From the NCBI GenBank assembly GCA_963716745.1, contig OY970320.1, positions 672,001 through 736,000 of the forward strand: a stretch of 64,000 nucleotides of DNA. Direction: 5' to 3'. Below are positions 58,340-64,000 of the stretch, in pieces. The position numbers and the translations under genes were made by a program. The stretch is from an uncultured Gemmatimonadaceae bacterium (GTDB lineage: Bacteria; Gemmatimonadota; Gemmatimonadetes; Gemmatimonadales; Gemmatimonadaceae). How positions within the stretch are numbered: the first letter of the stretch is position 1; each line of letters begins with the position of its first letter. The notes under the pieces were generated by a model. It did no database searches, was not told the origin of the DNA, and saw only the letters and a program-made list of their open reading frames with translations.

Positions 58340-58453
58340 CGGGAATGGTAACGCAAGCTGCGTTTGTGGCGATGGCGTTGGGGCCCGCGAGTCCGCCGCA
58401 ACCTGCAGTTCCCAACGCCAACGCCAAGCGCGCCGTTTGCGGTACCAGCCCCG
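58340..58453. repeat. long imperfect intergenic hairpin with hexamer arms
   Basis: TGGTAACGCAAG...TGGCGATGGCGTTGGG pairs with CCCAACGCCAACGCCA...TTGCGGTACCA. Confidence 0.65.
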
Positions 58454-58529
58454 ACGTCAGCGGTTCCAACCGCGCCGTTTTTCCGGCTAGATTCCAGTCA
58501 ACCACCCAGCGCATGGAGCTCGTAGCCTC

Positions 58530-58691
58530 ATGGACGAGAAGAAATTGCAAGCCCTCGCGCGCAAGAATGCCGCCAAGGCGGCCGCGCAACAGAAGCCGAA
58601 GGCGAAATACGATGACACGATCACGCCCGCGAACGACCCGGACCAGGATGCGCTCAAGCTGTTCAAGGAAATGAAGAAAAGGGAGTTCTAG
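58530..58691 (+). CDS. small charged protein (53 aa)
   Basis: Read by hand: MDEKKLQALARKNAAKAAAQQKPKAKYDDTITPANDPDQDALKLFKEMKKREF; upstream GGAG; GC3-rich codons. Confidence 0.7.
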   Translation: MDEKKLQALARKNAAKAAAQQKPKAKYDDTITPANDPDQDALKLFKEMKKREF

Positions 58692-58694
58692 ACC

Positions 58695-58871
58695 ATGGCC
58701 CCGAAACGCGCTCCGAAATCGCCGATCCCCGCGCCCGCTCGCAAGGGGCTCCCGGCGCCGCACAGCAAGCCGCAGGCGAAGAACATCGCGCCGCAGCCCA
58801 AGGATCTGCACGCGCAGCCGGCGCACAAGCCGTGGTCGACGTCGGTGAAAGGCGGGGCGCGCGGCCGTTAG
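58695..58871 (+). CDS. small basic Pro/Lys-rich protein (58 aa)
   Basis: Read by hand: MAPKRAPKSPIPAPARKGLPAPHSKPQAKNIAPQPKDLHAQPAHKPWSTSVKGGARGR; 3 nt after the previous stop, preceded by GGGAG. Confidence 0.65.
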   Translation: MAPKRAPKSPIPAPARKGLPAPHSKPQAKNIAPQPKDLHAQPAHKPWSTSVKGGARGR

Positions 58872-58877
58872 CCCCGC

Positions 58878-59360
58878 ATGAGCGCGCGCCTCATCAAGCG
58901 CCTGTTCGCCCACCTTGAGTGGGCGGACGAACGCGCGCTCGATGCGCTGCGGCGCGCCGGCTCTCCTCCGCCGCAGGCCGTCGAACTCTTCGCTCACATC
59001 CTCGGCGCCGATCTCAACTGGCTCGCGCGCGTCCAGGGCGCGGCGCCCCGCGCCGCGGTGTGGCCGGCGCAGACCGTCGCCGACTGCGGCACCATGATGG
59101 CCGAGTCGCATGCGGGGTGGCGCGCCTATCTCGCGACCCTCACCGACGCGGAACTCGCTCGCAACATCCACTACCGGAACAGCGCCGGACTCGAATTCGA
59201 TTCTTCGGTCGAGGAGATCCTGCTGCAGGTGGCGCTGCACGCCGTATATCATCGCGGACAAGTGAGCACCCTGCTCCGCTCGGCGGGCCTCGAACCGAGC
59301 CCCACCGACTTCATCGCCTTCGCCCGCGGCGCCCCTGCCGCCACGCGCCAAACGCGCTAG
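58878..59360 (+). CDS. DinB family protein
   Basis: LFAHLEWAD, FAHILGA, HAVYHRGQV...LRSAG. Confidence 0.88.
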   Translation: MSARLIKRLFAHLEWADERALDALRRAGSPPPQAVELFAHILGADLNWLARVQGAAPRAAVWPAQTVADCGTMMAESHAGWRAYLATLTDAELARNIHYRNSAGLEFDSSVEEILLQVALHAVYHRGQVSTLLRSAGLEPSPTDFIAFARGAPAATRQTR

Positions 59361-59363
59361 CGC

Positions 59364-59425
59364 GTTCATCGTTCATCGTGCATCGTGCCCCGACGCACGA
59401 CGGACGCAGTTGACGCACGACGCAT
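59364..59425. repeat. heptamer tandem repeats (CATCGTK / GACGCAC), loose hairpin
   Basis: catcgtt catcgtg catcgtg ... gacgcac gacggac ... gacgcac gacgcat, immediately after the dinB-family stop. Confidence 0.65.
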
Positions 59426-59456
59426 CACTCACGTAGTTCGCGACGAGGAGACTCGA

Positions 59457-59987
59457 ATGACCATGGCAAAGGGTGTCTGGGGCTGGATGGTGGCGGCGGG
59501 CGCGCTGCTCATGATCGCCGGATTCATGGCGCTCGGTTCGCCGCTCGTCGCCGGGTTCGCCACGCTGCTGCTCTTCGGATGGCTGCTGCTCTTCGGCGGG
59601 ATCGTGGAGTTCGTCCAGTCCTTCCGCATGGCGGGCATGCCCGGCCGGTCGCTCTACGTGATCGGCGGCCTCATCTCGATCCTCGCCGGCGTCGTCTTCA
59701 TCCGGAATCCCGCGATCAGCGGCGATGCGCTCCTCATGCTCCTCGGCGCGTATTTCCTGGCGGGCGGATTGATCCGGTCCATCTCATCGATCGCCGATCG
59801 CCACGCGAATTGGGGATGGTCGCTCGCGGGCGGTGTCGTGGACGTCGTGCTCGGCCTGCTGCTGTGGAACGCGATGGTCGTTCAGTCGGTAGCGATCATC
59901 GGGATCTTCGTGGGCATCACGCTCATCTTCCGCGGCATGCCGTGGATCGTGGCGGGACTCGCGCTCAAGCGGCTGCAGAAGGCGTAG
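59457..59987 (+). CDS. HdeD/DUF308 family membrane protein
   Basis: GALLMIAG...P, FGWLLLFGGI, GIFVGITLIFRG; RBS GAGGAG. Confidence 0.85.
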   Translation: MTMAKGVWGWMVAAGALLMIAGFMALGSPLVAGFATLLLFGWLLLFGGIVEFVQSFRMAGMPGRSLYVIGGLISILAGVVFIRNPAISGDALLMLLGAYFLAGGLIRSISSIADRHANWGWSLAGGVVDVVLGLLLWNAMVVQSVAIIGIFVGITLIFRGMPWIVAGLALKRLQKA

Positions 59988-60005
59988 CGCGAGGAGAGCG
60001 CCGGC

Positions 60006-60485
60006 GTGGCGCGGCACGTCCATCTCGAGCTCGAGCGCGTGGCGCACGTTTCCGAGCGCGGCCTGCTCGTCGCGGCCGTGCTGCTGCGCGTGCGCGGCGT
60101 GATCGTGCTCGACTGGCGGGTCACGGAATTGAATGGATCGGCCGTCTCTCTCGCGCGCTCCGCCAGCGACGACCATCTCGCCACAACCGATGCCGAGTGG
60201 CCACTCTTCTTCGGGCCGGCAGCCACAGGCGATCGCGCCGGCGCGGCCGACTGTTCCGTTCGCCACGACGGGAACCGCGTGACGCTGTCGGACTTTGTCG
60301 GATGCGCCGTGGGCGGCGATGCGCGGTTCGACGTGCCGTGGAATGCGTTCGCGGGCGCGGTGCTGCGCGTGGGCGACTACGTGGTGCGGCGCACCGCGGC
60401 CGGTGAGTGGCGCGATGATCTGCGCGAGCGGCTCACACCGGTTCGCGCACGGCGCCGCATCCTCATGCGGGCAGAGCGCGCGTGA
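60006..60485 (+). CDS. hypothetical protein
   Basis: GTG start after GAGGAG; overlaps the next gene's start (GTGA). Confidence 0.55.
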   Translation: MARHVHLELERVAHVSERGLLVAAVLLRVRGVIVLDWRVTELNGSAVSLARSASDDHLATTDAEWPLFFGPAATGDRAGAADCSVRHDGNRVTLSDFVGCAVGGDARFDVPWNAFAGAVLRVGDYVVRRTAAGEWRDDLRERLTPVRARRRILMRAERA

Positions 60486-60730
60486 TGCTCGATCCGGCGC
60501 AGTGGAGTTGGGGCAAGCTCGCGCTGGCCGGCGTGGCCTGGGCCGCAGCGCTCACGCTCGTCGCGGCGGGTCTCGTTTCGCGGGTCATATCGCACGCCAA
60601 GGAGACCGATCCCACCGGCGGCGAGTTCATCGTCCACCTCCCGTACGGAACCCGGCACCTTACCATATACATCCTGGCGGTCCTGATCCCGATCGCCCTG
60701 GCGGTGTTGCGAAAACTCGCGGCGGGGTAG
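60482..60730 (+). CDS. small two-TM membrane protein
   Basis: 82 aa with two hydrophobic helices. Confidence 0.6.
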   Translation: MMLDPAQWSWGKLALAGVAWAAALTLVAAGLVSRVISHAKETDPTGGEFIVHLPYGTRHLTIYILAVLIPIALAVLRKLAAG

Positions 60731-60805
60731 CGGCGGCTCGCGCGACGGCGCATCGTCTAGCCCCGAGACCGGAGCGAGCATGAAGAACACCCTACCGGAG
60801 GCGCA

Positions 60806-61336
60806 TTGAAAGGACGCACGAGGCCCAAGGCGAAAGCGACCCGCACCAAGCGGGCCGCGAAACGGACGAAGCGTCCGGCGAAACGCGCCGCCGTGCGTCC
60901 GGCGAAGCGAGCCGCGAAGCGAGCCGCGAAGCGCGCGCCGGTCAAGTCGGCGGCGAAACGCCCCGCGCGTTCGCGCAACTCGGTCACGCCCGGCGAGATC
61001 CTGCGTCCCTTCCCGCCTTCCGTACGGCACCTCGCGCACGAATTGCGCAAATTGATCCGCCGCACGCTGCCCAAGGTCGATGAGCGCGCGTATGACGGCT
61101 GGCACGGCATCGGCTATCATGACCGGCAGAGTGGCTACCTTGCCGGCATCTTCCCGCAGCCCGACTGCGTGAAGGTGTATTTCGAGCACGGCGCGGTGCT
61201 GCCCGATCCGCACCACGTGCTCACGGGCACCGGATTGCAAGTGCGCCACGTGTCGTGCTGGCCGGATGTGCCGGTGCCCGAGCAGGCGATCCGCGAATTG
61301 CTCGCCGCCGCCGTGCGTTTCGGCGTAGTAAGGTGA
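60806..61336 (+). CDS. DUF1801 (YdhG-like) protein with a Lys/Arg/Ala-rich N-terminal tail
   Basis: TTG start after GGAGG; LRKLIRRTLP, YDGWHGIGY, VYFEHGAVLPDPHHVLTGTG..VRHV. Confidence 0.75.
   Translation: MKGRTRPKAKATRTKRAAKRTKRPAKRAAVRPAKRAAKRAAKRAPVKSAAKRPARSRNSVTPGEILRPFPPSVRHLAHELRKLIRRTLPKVDERAYDGWHGIGYHDRQSGYLAGIFPQPDCVKVYFEHGAVLPDPHHVLTGTGLQVRHVSCWPDVPVPEQAIRELLAAAVRFGVVR
60902..60937 (+). repeat. 12-bp coding tandem repeat (AKRA)x3
   Basis: gcgaagcgagcc gcgaagcgagcc gcgaagcgcgcg. Confidence 0.8.
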
Positions 61337-61794
61337 TCCGCGCGCTCGCGGCACTCGTCGCGGCGGCCGCGATCGGCGCCGGAATGTCGCAGACGAATGC
61401 GCGCGTGTGCCGTTTCCCGATGCAGCCGCTGCACAACGCGCGCGACACCGCTGGCTGGTGCGCGCGCGAATTCATCATTCGCAACGGCTACACCGATGCG
61501 CCGGCGTCGTCCAATCGCGATGACATCGCGATCGAACCGGGCACCAATGTGGGACTCGGCTTCGAGAACACCGTCTCGAACCGGCACAACACCATCTCGC
61601 CGGCGCCGCTGCGCGTGTGCGACACGGGCACAGGATATCTCGTCACCTTCCGCATGCCGAATCAGCTGAACATGGCCGTGGGCAAGGGCGTGGTGATGAA
61701 CTCGTACTTCATTGGCCTCGCATTGCTGCAGCCGCTCGTATCGTTGGATCCCACGAGCAAATCGCCCCACTGCTCGGTGCCGCAGCTGCCGTGA
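61333..61794 (+). CDS. exported hypothetical protein with four Cys
   Basis: GTG start overlapping the previous stop; signal peptide IRALAALVAAAAIGAG. Confidence 0.6.
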   Translation: MIRALAALVAAAAIGAGMSQTNARVCRFPMQPLHNARDTAGWCAREFIIRNGYTDAPASSNRDDIAIEPGTNVGLGFENTVSNRHNTISPAPLRVCDTGTGYLVTFRMPNQLNMAVGKGVVMNSYFIGLALLQPLVSLDPTSKSPHCSVPQLP

Positions 61795-62126
61795 CCGCCG
61801 GCGCGAAGTTCGCGCTGCTGGCGGGGGCCGGCGTGGCGGCCGCCGTGGTGATCATCGTGAGCACGAAGGATCATGGCGGTGACGAGCTCCGCCGGCTCGG
61901 CGCGCCGGTGGCCGACTCCCTCGATGCGTACACGCGCGCGCATCGCGTGTGCCCGCCGTCGCTCTCCGCGATCGGCCTCGCGCCGCCGGACACGAAGTAC
62001 GGTCCCTTCGCCTATCGCGTGTTCGACGGCGGCAAGAAATGCGAACTCACCGTGGGGATCTACGCGCGCGATCGCTTCGAGGAATACTGGATGTACCCGC
62101 CGGGCGACTGGTACTCGAACCGCTAG
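61791..62126 (+). CDS. membrane-anchored hypothetical protein
   Basis: GTG start overlapping the previous stop; N-terminal TM; two Cys. Confidence 0.6.
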   Translation: MTAGAKFALLAGAGVAAAVVIIVSTKDHGGDELRRLGAPVADSLDAYTRAHRVCPPSLSAIGLAPPDTKYGPFAYRVFDGGKKCELTVGIYARDRFEEYWMYPPGDWYSNR

Positions 62127-62132
62127 CGGGCC

Positions 62133-62795
62133 TCAGCGCGGGGCGATGTTCGCGGCGGACTCGCGCGGCGCCTGAAGGTACGCGTAGTTCTCGTCGATCT
62201 CCGACACGTAGCCGATCGTCTCCCGGTAGCGCCACCGCGTGACCTTCGGCGCGACGACCACGAGACTCTCCCAGTCCTGCGGATCGAGCTTCGACTTCTT
62301 CGCAGCCGACTGCGCGCGTCTGATCGTGCCGTCGCCGGCATTGTACGACGCCAGCATGAAGTGCGGCCGCTCGTCGTCCGGGACCTTCTTGGTCCACGTG
62401 ATCCAGAGTCCTTTGTCGTGCAGGATCCCGGCGGCGATATTCCACTCCGGCTCGTCGATGCTTTCGTACTGCGGCCGCGTGGACTTGATCTGTGCATAGG
62501 TGGCGGGCATGAGCTGCATCAGCCCGCGCGCACCGACGTGGCTCTTGGCCGTCGGGATCAGATCGCTCTCCGCCATCGACTGCGCCTTGAAGAGCCGCCA
62601 GTCGAACCCCGGCCCGAAATAACGCTTCGTGTACTTCTTGAAGTACACGTCATAGCGCGTCGTCGGATAGCGCCGCTTCACTGCGGTCTTGTCGGCCTTC
62701 GCGACCTTCGCCGGCGAGACAGGCGTGCTCGTTTGCGCGAGCACCCCCGGCAGCACGAGCATGAGCGCTGCGCACGCGGCCGCCGCCCGCCGCAT
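62133..62795 (-). CDS. lytic transglycosylase (SLT domain, MltF-like catalytic domain)
   Basis: Signal peptide; DWRLFKAQSMAES, GARGLMQLMPAT, LASYNAG, ETIGYV. Confidence 0.9.
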   Translation of the reverse strand: MRRAAAACAALMLVLPGVLAQTSTPVSPAKVAKADKTAVKRRYPTTRYDVYFKKYTKRYFGPGFDWRLFKAQSMAESDLIPTAKSHVGARGLMQLMPATYAQIKSTRPQYESIDEPEWNIAAGILHDKGLWITWTKKVPDDERPHFMLASYNAGDGTIRRAQSAAKKSKLDPQDWESLVVVAPKVTRWRYRETIGYVSEIDENYAYLQAPRESAANIAPR

Positions 62796-62998
62796 CAGTT
62801 CAGCGAGCGCCCGATGACGTACGCGAGCCCCAGGAACAACGCCGCGATGATCACGGCCACGGCCATGTTCCCCTTGGAGAGCTCATCCTGGAAGTTCACG
62901 CGCGGCGTGAGCTTGTCGAAGAGCATGAAGCCCGCGAACATCAGGAACATCCCGGCGATCGCATAGCCGAGATTGCCAAGAATGATGGATGAGTCCAC
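62795..62998 (-). CDS. DUF350 family small membrane protein
   Basis: GTG start after GGAGG; FDKLTP...EL.KGNMAVAV. Confidence 0.8.
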   Translation of the reverse strand: MDSSIILGNLGYAIAGMFLMFAGFMLFDKLTPRVNFQDELSKGNMAVAVIIAALFLGLAYVIGRSLN

Positions 62999-63156
62999 GC
63001 CGCCTCCGGAGAGCGATGCTGCAGTGAGTGCCTCGCCGCGAATATAGGAGGCCCGGGGGCCCGCCGAAAGAGAGCGTACTGGCGACACCAAGCGCGGCCA
63101 GGCATCGTAAGGGATTCGAGACCGCCAACACCTCGACAGACTCCGACAAATCATCC

Positions 63157-63732
63157 ATGTCCGACCAACAGCAGCAACCGACCGCTCCACAGGCTCCCGT
63201 CGCGCCCGCACTGCCCAACGCGCAGGCGCCGTCGCAGGCCGATCTGGCCCGGGCCGACGCGGCGCGCGCGCGTGAGATCGGGCGCCAGGCGCGCGCGCAG
63301 GCGCAGGCGGAGCGCGACGCGGCTCAGGCCACTCGCGACGCGGCACAAGCGGCCCGCGACGCCGCGCAGTCCGTACAGCAGAACGGACCGGTGATCCTCG
63401 TGCCCGGGCACCGCGGCGGCGATTTTCCCATGGATCCGGCGCAGATGCGCGCCATGGCGGAGAACATCACCAGCTACTTCTTCCTCACGGTCGCGGTGAT
63501 CGCCATCGGCGTGCCGCTGGTGCGGGCCCTCGGTCGCCGCCTCGGCCCCGCGCCGATCGCGCCGCCGCTCCCGAAAGCGGTGTCCGATCAGTTGCAGCGC
63601 ATCGAGACCGCGGTCGAGTCGATGGCCATCGAAGTCGAGCGCATCTCCGAGGCGCAGCGATTCCTCACGCGCCTGCAGACCGGTCAGCCCCAGGCCCAGC
63701 CCGCGGCACTGCCGCCGCGCCAAGGGTCGTGA
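63157..63732 (+). CDS. hypothetical membrane protein with N- and C-terminal coiled coils
   Basis: A/Q/R-rich helix, one TM, C-terminal LQRIETAVESMAIEVERISEAQRFLTRL. Confidence 0.75.
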   Translation: MSDQQQQPTAPQAPVAPALPNAQAPSQADLARADAARAREIGRQARAQAQAERDAAQATRDAAQAARDAAQSVQQNGPVILVPGHRGGDFPMDPAQMRAMAENITSYFFLTVAVIAIGVPLVRALGRRLGPAPIAPPLPKAVSDQLQRIETAVESMAIEVERISEAQRFLTRLQTGQPQAQPAALPPRQGS

Positions 63733-64000
63733 CCGCGGCCGGTCCCGTGCGCTGCGCCTGGGCGGGCAGCGACGCGGCGATGCAGGCGTACCACGACGCG
63801 GAGTGGGGCGTGCCGGTGCACGACGACCGCGTGCATTTCGAGTTCCTCGTGCTCGAGGGCGCGCAGGCGGGACTCAACTGGCGCACGATCCTCAACAAGC
63901 GCGACCGTTATCGCGCCGCGCTGGATGGCTTCGATCCGGAACGCATCGCGCGCTACGATGCGCGCCGCCGGGCCAAGCTGATGAAGGATCCCGGCCTCGT
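63729..64000 (+). CDS. tag: DNA-3-methyladenine glycosylase I (partial, runs off the window)
   Basis: Read by hand: RCAWAGSD...YHDAEWGVP..DD..HFEFLVLEGAQAGLNWRTILNKR. Confidence 0.92.
   Translation, partial: MTAAGPVRCAWAGSDAAMQAYHDAEWGVPVHDDRVHFEFLVLEGAQAGLNWRTILNKRDRYRAALDGFDPERIARYDARRRAKLMKDPGL

Noticed and set aside
61791..62126. Pilin/pseudopilin (GspG-like DSLDAY...PPSL segment)
   Set aside because: No prepilin G|FxxxE cleavage motif and no T2SS/T4P genes nearby.
62999..63156. Possible riboswitch in the divergent intergenic region
   Set aside because: Some GC-rich pairing, but I could not match the conserved core of any riboswitch class; an Rfam scan would be needed.

Overview
High-GC, gene-dense bacterial chromosome segment. 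Gene content and style suggest Gemmatimonadota, which is an inference. It is mostly core metabolism and envelope biology. From left to right: a 2-oxoacid dehydrogenase E1a/E1b/E2 set co-oriented with an inositol-phospholipid pair (ino1 plus a CDP-alcohol phosphatidyltransferase); peptidoglycan-sugar salvage genes (NamZ, SSS transporter, BadF-type kinase) around an A-type Fe-S carrier; amino acid transporters and a K+-independent-type membrane pyrophosphatase; a TonB-ExbB-ExbD-ExbD-TonB-like cluster; two two-component systems, one with a degenerate sigma54 activator; a peroxiredoxin, CopD and tRNA-Ala(UGC); a full alternative complex III operon (actABCDEF); a pair of apparently catalytically dead amidohydrolases; trmJ-like, dedA, sodA, a CPA2 antiporter, speA and pdxH; a TPR membrane protein; a peptidase/beta-propeller/beta-barrel outer-membrane protein; a DUF442 plus CstB-like persulfide detox pair; an ABC-2 exporter; ctpA and thrC; then small hypotheticals ending in a partial tag gene. 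I see no phage, IS, integrase or CRISPR array. The clearest unexplained structure is about a dozen intergenic inverted repeats, most with arms built from tandem 6-7-mers. About 13 frameshifts in otherwise intact genes are most likely long-read assembly errors.
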